The notes beneath the pieces were generated by a model. That model made no database searches. It worked only from the letters and a program-made list of their open reading frames with translations, and was not told the DNA's origin. From contig NC_092672.1 in the NCBI RefSeq assembly GCF_964355755.1, forward strand, positions 31,874,437 through 31,938,436: a stretch of 64,000 bases of DNA, in the 5' to 3' direction. Shown piece after piece: positions 51,908 to 62,512 of the stretch (position 1 is the first letter of the stretch; each line of letters starts with the position of its first letter). A program made the translations under genes and the position numbers. The DNA comes from Antedon mediterranea. Its lineage: Eukaryota > Animalia > Echinodermata.

Positions 51908-53157
51908 GCATATAACTACATAACGCAGTGTTGTGTGTCACACATTGTGGCTTCTTAATTAAACAAATTAATTAAAAAATGAAGCTGTAATGACGTCATA
52001 AGACGGGATGTGACGTCACATACACATCAATAACCTACCAAATACGGCTATATGGTACCATCTTCAAGACGTCATATGGCTGCATCCGGTTTGAAATTTT
52101 ATAGATTTGAGGACATGTCCCTGTAGTATATTCATGCCAAATCCCAGATCAATACTACAACTAATAAGGGAGGAGTAGTACTTTAAAAATCGCACTTTTT
52201 ACTCAATAGTGTCCAGATGGAGGAAGAGGAGAAAATGAGTAAGTCCTAGACTCGGGTACCCCGAGTAAAAACAAATACATAATGTTGAGTTAGTTACATT
52301 AGATCAACATAATATCTATGAAAAAAGATAGTAGCTGTGACAGAATATGGAGGAAACAGAGTCAAAATACATAATTATTGATAATGTATACTTGGTAAAA
52401 TCAATATATGCTCATTATTCAGAATTTTAGCTTATATATTGTAACTTTTATATTTAGTTTCTTATAAATTAAAATATACTAAAATTAAACACTATATTTT
52501 TTAGGTAGTTTGTGAATAAAGAATATATCATGTGATGTAATAGGTTTAATGATTTGTTATTGAAAATGTAAACATCTGTAAGACTACACTTGGATACAGT
52601 TTTGGCAAGGAGTTATACTGTATTATTAATATGGGAACCCTATGGGAAATAACAGCTGTTATTAAATCAGTATGTTATCACCTATTTGATAATGGTTTCA
52701 CCCACTCCCATTGAACCCACCAATAGAGGCAGCAATGTGATCAATAGACTTTATACTGCAAATAAGCACTTAATATACAAATAAACCTTCTTCTATAAAT
52801 TAAACATTATCCCTGCATTAGCCAATCAGCAGCAGCTACTGAATATTTTGGAAAGTCCAACAAACTATTTTTAGAATTTGATATTACTTCCTAGTTTTCT
52901 GTGCCCAGATTAGCTCAAATTTTACAATACTGGAACGTCTAGCTGCTTTTGTCACCTTTGTTTCTTATAACTCATTTAATCATAGTAAGTATTATTATTA
53001 TTAACTGTAAACATTTTTTTTATAATCAAAATAATCTGTACACTAATCCTTACGCAATTTTAAATTGCACAAATTGTTTAATATATGCGCATAACATAAT
53101 ACTAAGATATTTAATAGATAGCTTTATTTATAGACTTAGATGTTTCATTTTTTACAG

Positions 53158-55329
53158 ATGTCGGAACAAAAAGCATTACAATTCTTAGACAAGAATGATC
53201 TTGAATGTGCAATCTGTCTAGAAAGACTGACAGAACCAAAAACACTTGAGTGCCTCCATAGTTACTGTCTTCATTGCCTGCAGAGTTTGATTAAAACAAG
53301 TGGCAAAATAAAATGTCCAAAATGTTGTAAGATGTACGATGACCTAAATCAATTTTATTTAAAAGATCTTACTACCAATGAAATGTTAAGTTATCAAGTT
53401 AAATTTGTTGGGAATATTGAATCTGAAAAACCACCAAAATGCTCAAGCTGTGATAACCAACCTGAATACTACTGCTCTGAATGTCAAATGTATCTATGTG
53501 GACAATGTATTACACATCATAAAATCATTCCTGTATTGAAAAACCACCCATTGTACACACTGGACAAAATTCAAGGAGAAGGTAAAGATCTGCCACATAA
53601 ATGCATATATCACAGGGACTGCATGCTTGAATTTTATTGCAGAATTTGTCTTAAAAGTGGATGTAAGAAATGTGAACATGTTCTACGCTGTTATCAAAAT
53701 GAACATAATGTGATTCCATTCGAGACGGCTGTAGACGAGTTTAATCAAAATGCTACAGAAGTTAAAAAAAGTGCGGAAGAAATTAAAGAAAAACTTAAAA
53801 GAACAAGGGAAAGCTTCATGAAAGAAAGATCCGACTTTGAATTAAAATTAAAAATATGCAGAACAGCGATTGAATTACAAGAAGAAAACATTATTAAAAA
53901 GGCTCAGGAGAAGGCAAGAGCAATGTTGATGGACCTTGACAAAATTGACAAAAAAAACAAAGAGCTTATTGATAATAAAGTTAAAAATATTGACTCAAAG
54001 CTGTTGAAAGTTAATGAGATGTTGCCATTAATTAACACAATGATGAACAAACCAGAAGAAAGAGAAACACTTAGATTTCATGAGGAAAATATTGATGCTG
54101 TTAAAGAAGAAACTCTGGAATCGAAGTATGATGAATCAATCAAGATAAAAGCCCCTACTTTTATTCCATCTAAAAATTTGGATAAGTTAATAGATTTGGA
54201 AGGCATTGGTAAAATGTCAAATGTTGAATGTGCATATCAGGTTGCTGAAGATAAAGTACCTATTATAGTCACAAAAGGACAGCCATTTGAAGTGAAAGTT
54301 GTGTCAAGTTCAGTAGAAAGTGAGGAATCTGTATTGGCTGCAACTTTAATTAATGATTCAGGTGAAGAATCAGCAACTGAAGTGAAACATCAAGGAAGTG
54401 GAGAGTACAGAATAACAGGAAGATGTCATAAAGAAGGAGATTGGAAGATGAAGATTACTGCTAGAGGTGAAGAAATCAAAGGATCACGAGGTGAAGAAAT
54501 CAATATCAAGGTGGAAGCGCTAGGACTTGTGCATACCACTGATAACATAGAAAAGCTTAAAGTACATAACAAGAATGAAAAAGTAAATGATGTAATATTA
54601 GATAAAGATGGAAATTTAATTGTAACTAGTTTTAGTAAAGACTTATTGAAGTTCAACCAAGAATGTTCATTCATTGGTAGAATAGAGATACCAGACAATG
54701 TAATGGTTGTTTGTATACATCAAATGAGTGATGGCCAAATGGTGTATAGTGATTGCCTAAACAAAACTGTTGTCAAGTGTGATGATAAATTTCAACAAAT
54801 TCGTACATTTGGTAAAGGAACATTAACACACCCACGTGGATTGACAGTGAATAAGGAAACTAGAACCATGTATGTTGCAGATTGGGATTGTCATTGTGTG
54901 TTTAAATTTAATGTTGATAGTGGTGAACTTATTGGTAGATTTGGTTCAAAAGGTAACAAAGAAGGAGAAATGAATATGCCAGATGGACTTGCTCTGACAA
55001 ACGAGGGCAACCTGATTGTTGTAGAAGTTGGAAATCACAGAATACAAATGTTTGATGCAAATGATAAGTTTATAAAAATTCTTGTAGGCAAAGGTGATCA
55101 AGATGGTCATGTTCAATATCCTCATTATGTAGCGATAGATTCTGAGGAAAACCTCTTGGTATCAAGTAATAACAAACTTAAATTATTTGATCAAAATGGA
55201 GTTTTTCTCAAACTAATATATGATGGTGGATTAGATGTACCTTATGGAGTTGCAATAATCTCTAAGAAACCAAGAAGGGTAGCTGTAGCAAACTATAGAT
55301 CAAACAAAGTAAAAATATATAATTATTAA
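53158..55329 (+). CDS. TRIM-NHL E3 ubiquitin ligase copy 2, 723 aa
   Basis: Same architecture as copy 1, intact ORF, ATG directly after a TTTTTACAG acceptor. Confidence 0.93.
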   Translation: MSEQKALQFLDKNDLECAICLERLTEPKTLECLHSYCLHCLQSLIKTSGKIKCPKCCKMYDDLNQFYLKDLTTNEMLSYQVKFVGNIESEKPPKCSSCDNQPEYYCSECQMYLCGQCITHHKIIPVLKNHPLYTLDKIQGEGKDLPHKCIYHRDCMLEFYCRICLKSGCKKCEHVLRCYQNEHNVIPFETAVDEFNQNATEVKKSAEEIKEKLKRTRESFMKERSDFELKLKICRTAIELQEENIIKKAQEKARAMLMDLDKIDKKNKELIDNKVKNIDSKLLKVNEMLPLINTMMNKPEERETLRFHEENIDAVKEETLESKYDESIKIKAPTFIPSKNLDKLIDLEGIGKMSNVECAYQVAEDKVPIIVTKGQPFEVKVVSSSVESEESVLAATLINDSGEESATEVKHQGSGEYRITGRCHKEGDWKMKITARGEEIKGSRGEEINIKVEALGLVHTTDNIEKLKVHNKNEKVNDVILDKDGNLIVTSFSKDLLKFNQECSFIGRIEIPDNVMVVCIHQMSDGQMVYSDCLNKTVVKCDDKFQQIRTFGKGTLTHPRGLTVNKETRTMYVADWDCHCVFKFNVDSGELIGRFGSKGNKEGEMNMPDGLALTNEGNLIVVEVGNHRIQMFDANDKFIKILVGKGDQDGHVQYPHYVAIDSEENLLVSSNNKLKLFDQNGVFLKLIYDGGLDVPYGVAIISKKPRRVAVANYRSNKVKIYNY

Positions 55330-55765
55330 ATAGCACATTTTATATACTTGATCAAACTACCAGAAAAACAAACAATGTCTATATGCACATTCAATACCAC
55401 TGATGATGAACAACAAACCTGTGTTGTTTGAGAATAATTAGTAATTTAATTAAATTTGTTAATAATGTAAAACTTATCAAATCAACATTTCCTAGATATG
55501 AACAAGATATACGGTAATAACAATTTTAGTATCAAGTAAACAATAAAAGTTACTAAAATGTAACCAAGCAATATTTGTTATTATTTATTTTTTGTACATT
55601 CAACAAAAAAAGATTTTGAATGAGTACAAAATATGTAAAGTAAATACTGAGGCCTGCTGACCACCTGATCAATTGTTTTGAAAGCCTGAGGAATAAACTG
55701 CGCATTACATGAAGATTATAAAACATAATTTTGTAACTAAAATTATTATTTTTGAAATATTATTT

Positions 55766-55865
55766 TATAGTGATTTATTAAACAAAACTGTTTCTGTGAC
55801 AAAAAATTGCATAATAAAACATCCTGGATGCTTGACTGTAAATAAGAAAACCAAAACCATGGTAT
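55766..55865 (+). pseudogene. NHL remnant of unit 2, 5' piece (split by the Academ-like element)
   Basis: Matches 50737-50836. Confidence 0.75.
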
Positions 55866-58348
55866 TAGACTAGGCTATGAATGAGGTAGGTGCCACCCAG
55901 AGAGGTAGAAATTCTCATATAACTTTTCTAGACCAGTTTTTTCTGGGGAATCCAAATATATTGGGTAAACGGGCTGTAACCTGAGAACTTTCGCGTGAGG
56001 GCGCTTTTTTCAAAATGGCTGCCAGTTACAGTAGACTATGATATCTTGGCAACCACTGGTCATAGAGAGTTGATTTTGGTGTCAAATTGTTTGGAATGTA
56101 CATGTTCCTATTTGATGTAATAGAAAATTTTGTCAGAAAATGGCCGGAAATACCTCTATTGACCTTTGACCCAATATCTAACAGATATCATATCTCCGTA
56201 ACTACTGGACACAGAAAGTTGTAATTGGTGTCAAACTCTCCAGAATATAGATGTTTATATTCAAACTAATAGAACATTATCTGTAAAAATGACCGGAAAT
56301 AACGTTACTGACCTTTGACCCAAAATGTAAGACATTTCTCCTATCTGATCACGTTAATCCTGTCAATTAATTCATTTTGAGCCAATTGGAGGTTGACATT
56401 CTTATATTATTTTCTTGACCAGTTTTTCATGTGCAATCCGAGTAATATGAGATAAATAAGCCATAACAAGGCCAAGAATTTGATTCTTTTACTACATACA
56501 TGCTTCCCTTTAGTGTTTCAGTCTGTATGTCGTGTATTAATCTTCAAGATCGCTCACATCACTGCAATCTGAAAAGTCTTCATATTCATTATGTGTAAAC
56601 AGTTCCTGGACATCAGTGGGCATCACTGTCTCAATCCATTTAGGCTCCATTTGTTCGTTCCATCCATTGTGTGTACTGTTGTTGACAAAATCATTGACGT
56701 CTGCTGATTGCCATTCTTTAGTAATGAAGTTTGCTCTAAGTATATGAAACTCAAGGGTCTGCTGACATAGTGGCAGTAATGATATATCTGTAATCTTGTT
56801 GTGTCTGGAAAACTTTCTGTTGAAGATATCATATCTTGCTTGATTTACACTTTTCCCCTTCACTCCATACAATGGTGAAACCTACTCTTCAAGTTCCTCA
56901 TACAACTCTTTTGATGGAACATCTGACACTCCAAGGTTGCAGAATGTGTCTGCGCTTTTGTTAAATCAATGTTACTCAATTTCAGTACATTTCGGTATTT
57001 CCCAGTGTTTGTATCAATAATTACCCTCTGCCCATCATCTATGAAATGAGATAGTGAAATGACTGGAATGTCAAAGGTAATTATTGATACAAACACTGGG
57101 AAATACCGAAAGGTACTGAAATTGAGTGACATTGATTTAACAAAAGCGCAGAAATCATCCCTTATTGGATTCCATGCTTTCACAAAAACGATTATAACTC
57201 CGCTTTCTTTCGGAAAGGAAAACGTACCTGCTGGAAGCTTCTGGAATCAAAAGCAAAATTTGTTGACACATTCTGCAACCTTGGAGTGTCAGATGTTCCA
57301 TCAAAAGAGTTGTATGAGGAATTTGAAGAGTATGTTTCACTATTGTATGGAGTGAAGGGGAAAAGTGTAAATCAAGCAAGATATGATATCTTCAACAGAA
57401 AGTTTTCCAGACACAACAAGATTACAGATATATAATTACTGCCACTATGTCAGCAGACCCTTGAGTTTCATATACTTAGAGCACACTTCATTACTAAAGA
57501 ATGACAATCAGCAGACGTCAATGATTTTGTCAACAACAGTACACACAATGGATGGAACGAACAAATGGAGCCTAAATGGATTGAGACAGTGATGCCCACT
57601 GATGTCCAGGAACTGTTTACACATAATGAATATGAAGACTTTTCAGATTGCAGTGATGTGAGCGATCTTGAAGATTAATACACGACATACAGTCTGAAAC
57701 ACTAAAGGGAAGCATGTATGTAGTAAAAGAATTAAATTCTTGGCCTTGTTATGGCTTATTTATCTCATATATTCGGATTGCACATGAAAAACTGGTCCAG
57801 ATAATAATATGAGAATGTCAACCTCCAATTGGCACAAAATGAATTAATTGACAAGATTAACGTGATCAGATGGGAGAAATGTCTTGCATTTTGGGTCAAA
57901 GGTCAGTAACGTTATTTCCGGTCATTTTTACATATAATGTTCTATTAGTCTGAATATAAACATCTATATTCTGGAGAGTTTGACACCAATTACAACTTTC
58001 TGTGTCGAGTAGTTACGGAGATATGATATCTGTTAGATATTGGGTCAAAGGTCAATAGAGGTATTTCCGGCCATTTTCTGACAAAATGTTCTATTACATC
58101 AAATAGGAACATGTACATTCCGAATAATTTGACACCAAAATCACCTCTCTATGACCAGTGGTTGCCAAGATATCATAGTCTATTGTAACTGGCAGCCATT
58201 TTGAAAAAAGCGCCCTCACGCGAAAGTTCTCAGGTTACAGCCCGTTTACCCAATATATTTGGATTCCCCAGAAAAAACTGGTCTAGAAAAGTCATATGAG
58301 AATTTCTACCTCTCCGGGTGGCACCTACCTCATTCATAGCCTAGTCTA
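55866..58348. mobile_element. Palindromic non-autonomous Academ(X)-like DNA transposon, 2483 bp
   Basis: Termini TAGACTAGGCTATG / CATAGCCTAGTCTA; 3-bp TSD TAT (empty site GGTATGTGG in unit 1). Arms of about 1.16 and 1.27 kb flank a 50-bp spacer (57026-57075). The arms encode a decayed XPG/FEN1-like C-terminus (FHAFT[G]NDYNSAFFRKGKRTCWKLL...LYG....VNQARY...LLP.C..TL..H..RAN...W). Confidence 0.8.
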
Positions 58349-58668
58349 TATGTGGCCAACAGAGAAGCTCACTGTGTACTTAAGTTTAATGTTGATAATG
58401 GAGACTTTCTTGGTTAAATTGGTGAAGAGGGTAGCAAAGAGGGTCAAATGAGGTGACCAAGTGATGCTACTCTCACAAAGAAACGGAACCTGATTGTTGT
58501 AGATCATTTGAATAACAGAATACAACTGTTTGATCCAAATCCTCATAGAGCAGGGTGGAATAGATGGTTATGTCACTCTCAGAATATAGCCATAGATTAT
58601 GATGAGAACATACTGATGTCAAGTAGACACAAACTACAGCAATTTGATAACAATGGTGTTTTTATAAA
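58349..58668 (+). pseudogene. NHL remnant of unit 2, 3' piece
   Basis: Matches 50834-51133. Confidence 0.75.
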
Positions 58669-59081
58669 CAAGCACGAATGTGCAATACTCGGGGTACAGC
58701 GAAAGTAGCTGTAATGACGTCATAAGACCGGATGTAACGTCACATACACATCAATAACCGCGCTACCAAATACGGCTATACGGTACCATCTTCGAGACGT
58801 GATATGGCTGCATCCGGTTTGAAATTAAAAATCCGGCTCTATAGCTTTGAGGACATGTCCCTGTAGTATATTCATGCTAAATCTGAGCTCAATACTACCA
58901 CGAATAAGGGAGGAGTAGTACTTTATAAATCGCACTTTTTGCTCAATAGTGTCCAGATGGAAGAAGAAGAGAAAAAGATTAGAGAGTCCTAGACTCAGGT
59001 ACCCCGAGTAATAAAACGAGATATATATACTCTATATCATATTACGTATACAGTATATTTCACCATAAAGTTTAAGCAAAA

Positions 59082-59157
59082 TGGTCTCGCCATGAGGGCT
59101 CGAACCGGGGACCTTCTGCGCGTTAAGCAGACTTGATAACCACTACACTACGAAACC
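59082..59157 (-). tRNA. tRNA-Val(AAC)-like pseudogene
   Basis: Same sequence as 51547-51622. Confidence 0.65.
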
Positions 59158-59370
59158 TCTTACACCAAAAATGTGGGTTACACAAAGTTTTTTAATCCAT
59201 TTAAATTACAAATAAATTATTATGGTAATAAGCACAAAGCAAGATAAACATGTGTAAAAGTGATAATTACCGATTACACAAAATAAATATTTTAAAAAAT
59301 AATAAAAATAAGATATACTGTATATCATATTGCGTATACAGTACTTTTCACCATAAAGTTAAAAAAAAAA

Positions 59371-59442
59371 GGTTTCGCCCGGGCTCGAACCGGGGACCTT
59401 CTGCGTGTTAAACAGACGTGATAACCACTACGCCAAGAAGCC
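59371..59442 (-). tRNA. tRNA-Val(AAC)-like gene or pseudogene
   Basis: Same sequence as 51836-51907. Confidence 0.7.
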
Positions 59443-60789
59443 GCATATAACTACATAACGCTGTGGTGTGTGTCACACATTGTGGCTTCTTAATTAAACA
59501 AATTAATTAAAAAATGAAGCTGTAATGACGTCATAAGACGGGATGTGACGTCACATACACATCAATAACCTACCAAATACGGCTATATGGTACCATCTTC
59601 GAGACGTCATATGGCTGCATCCGGTTTGAAATTTTAAAATCCGGCTCTTTAAATTTGAGGACATGTCCCTGTAGTATATTCATGCCAAATCCCAGCTCAA
59701 TACTACAACTAATAAGGGAGGAGTAGTACTTTAAAAATCGCACTTTTTACTCAATAGTGTCCAGATGGAGGAAGAGGAGAAAATGAGTAAGTCCTAGACT
59801 CGGGTACCCCGAGTAAAAACAAATACATAATGTTGAGTTAGTTACATTAGATCAACATAATATCTATGAAAAAAGATAGTAGCTGTGACAGAATATGGAG
59901 GAAACAGAGTCAAAATACATAATTATTGATAATGTATACTTGGTAAAATCAATATATGCTCATTATTCAGAATTTTAGCTTATATATTGTAACTTTTATA
60001 TTTAATTCTTATAAATTAAAATATATATACTAAAATTAAACACTATATTTTTTAGGTAGTTTGTGAATAAAGAATATATCATGTGATGTAATAGGTTTAA
60101 TGATTTGTTATTGAAAATGTAAACATCTGTAAGACTATACACTTGGATACAGTTTTGGCAAGGAGTTATATTATTAATATGGGAAATAACAGCTGTTATT
60201 AAATCAGTATGTTATCACCTATTTGATAATGGTTTCATCTACTCCCATTGAACCCACCAATCAGACAAGGCAGCAATGTGTATCAGTAGACTTTAGACTG
60301 AAAATAATTGTTGAATCCTTTCTTTTTATAGAATATTTGAAACTTGAACAATAAATGTAAGTAAAGACAGTTTTTTATATTTAATTTTGTATTAAAAAAT
60401 AAAATTATTTCATGGAGTTGTAGTAATCAAACTTTTGACACAAATAAGCACTTAATATACAAATAAACCTATAACTATCCTTGCATTAGCCAATCAGCAG
60501 CAGCTACTGAATATTTTGGAAAGTCCAACAAACTATTTTTATACTATGACATCACTTCCTGGTTTTCTGTGCCCAGATTAGCTCAAATTTTACAATACTG
60601 GAACATCTAGCTGCTTTTGTCACCTTTGTTTCATCTTTCTTATATTTAATCATAGTAAGTATTATTATTGTTCTACTGTAACATTTTTTTTATAATCAAA
60701 ATAATCTGTACACTAATCCTTGCGCAATTTTAAATTGCACAAATTGTTTAATATATGCGCATAACATAATACTAAGATATTTAATAGAT

Positions 60790-61485
60790 TTGATTTTGAT
60801 TTGATTTGATTTATTTCGGCATCAGTACATAAAATATCACAGACATACAATTAAAATTGACAAATATAAAAATACCAATATAAAACAAGGATGCCAAGGA
60901 TAACTCATAAAAGTCCTCTACGGACTTGTTTCCAATGAGGTCCTTTGAAAGAACAGCAAAAAAGACAAACAAAGCAACATAATAAAAATGACAAAAAACA
61001 GCAAAAAGGACAATCGAAAAAAGAAGAAGCGCTAATTAAATAGTTTCTAGAGCTAGTGAACGTTCCTGTAGATACTTTTTAACTTTACTTTTAAAACAAC
61101 AAACAGTTTGTGATTCCTTAATGTTAATTGGTAAATTATTCCATTCTTTAATAGCATTGTAAAAAAAGGTCACATGTGCCATTGGCTTGATAGTTGGGAT
61201 TCTAAAATTAAAATTGCATCCCCTAGTATTGTAATTATGACTGTCTGAAATTCTAATAAAACGATTGCATAAATAAGGTGGACAACAATGATTATATATT
61301 TTAAAAACATGACAGGCTCTAAGAAATTCGACACGGTCTTGGACTTTTAACATACCAACGTCGTTTAGCTGAGATTGACCAACATGAGATCGGGGACCTA
61401 ACTTTTTTATAAAACGAACCATTTTGTTTTGAGTCGTTTGTAATTTTGATTTTAAATTTTTATTTACCGTAGAAGACCATGAGCA
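60790..61485 (-). mobile_element. 5'-truncated LINE (L2/Crack-like) in the 5' intron of TRIM copy 3
   Basis: Absent at the equivalent site of copies 1 and 2 (TTTAATAGATAGCTTT). ORF 61036-61422 'HNYNTRG...TFFYNAIKEWNNLP..IKE....FKSKVKKYL'; (AAATC)n tail near 60790-60815. Confidence 0.85.
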
Positions 61486-61525
61486 ATAGCTTTATTTATA
61501 GACTTAGATGTTTCATTTTTTACAG

Positions 61526-62512
61526 ATGTCGGAACAAAAAGCATTACAATTCTTAGACAAGAATGATCTTGAATGTGCAATCTGTCTAGAAAGACTGACA
61601 GAACCAAAAACACTTGAGTGCCTCCATAGTTACTGTCTTCATTGCCTGCAGAGTTTGATTAAAACAAGTGGCAAAATAAAATGTCCAAAATGTTGTAAGA
61701 TGTACGATGACCTAAATCAATTTGATTTAAAAGATCTTACTACCAATGAAATGTTAAGTTATCAAGTTAAATTTGTTGGGAATATTGAATCTGAAAAACC
61801 ACCAAAGTGCTCAAGCTGTGATAACCAACCTGAATACTACTGCTCTGAATGTCAAATGTATCTATGTGGACAATGTATTAAACATCATAAAATCATTCCT
61901 GTATTGAAAAACCACCCATTGTACACACTGGACAAAATTCAAGGAGAAGGTAAAGATCTGCCACATAAATGCATATATCACAGGGACTGCATGCTTGAAT
62001 TTTATTGCAGAATTTGTCTTAAAAGTGGATGTAAGAAATGTGAACATGTTCTACGCTGTTATCAAAATGAACATAATGTGATTCCATTCGAGACGGCTGT
62101 AGACGAGTTTAATCAAAATGCGACAGAAGTTAAAAAAAGTGCGGAAGAAATTAAAGAAAAACTAAAAAGAACAAGGGAAAGCTTCATGAAAGAAAGATCC
62201 GACTTTGAATTAAAATTAAAATTATGCAGAACAGCGATTGAATTACAAGAAGAAAACATTATTAAAAAGGCTCAGGAGAAAACAAGAGCAATGTTGATGG
62301 ACCTTGACAAAATTGACAAAGAAAACAAAGAGCTTATTGATAATAGAGTTAAAAATATTGACTCAAAGCTGTTGAAAGTTAATGAGATGTTGCCATTAAT
62401 TAACACAATGATGAACAAACCAGAAGAAAGAGAAACACTTAGATCTCATGAGGAAAATATTTTTACGGTTCAGGATATTCGACTGCGAAAGAATCACATA
62501 GACCTCAGTTAG
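61526..62512 (+). pseudogene. TRIM-NHL copy 3, interrupted after the coiled coil by an LTR element; open frame of 328 aa (RBCC only)
   Basis: Near-identical to copies 1 and 2 up to ...HEENI (62461); the last 16 residues derive from the insertion. Confidence 0.85.

Larger units (their letters stand above)
51132..52271 (-). mobile_element. Non-autonomous Helentron-like (HINE) element with an internal duplication and two tRNA-Val-like genes
   Basis: On the minus strand: 5' TTTTTACTCGGGGTACCCGAGT hairpin; 3' sub-TIR GTACCCCGAGTA, then GCAC-ATTC-GTGC hairpin and TTGTT. Inserted in an A/T run with no TSD; a block of about 300 bp occurs twice (51170-51480, 51982-52271). Confidence 0.7.
58667..59819 (-). 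mobile_element. Second copy of the tRNA-carrying Helentron-like element
   Basis: Near-identical to 51132-52271 and at the same insertion point, so duplicated along with the unit. Confidence 0.7.

Noticed and set aside
47188-52310. Helentron-mediated capture of the TRIM gene as the cause of the tandem duplication
   Set aside because: NHL-remnant homology continues on both sides of the element, so it is a passenger inside the unit rather than the unit boundary.
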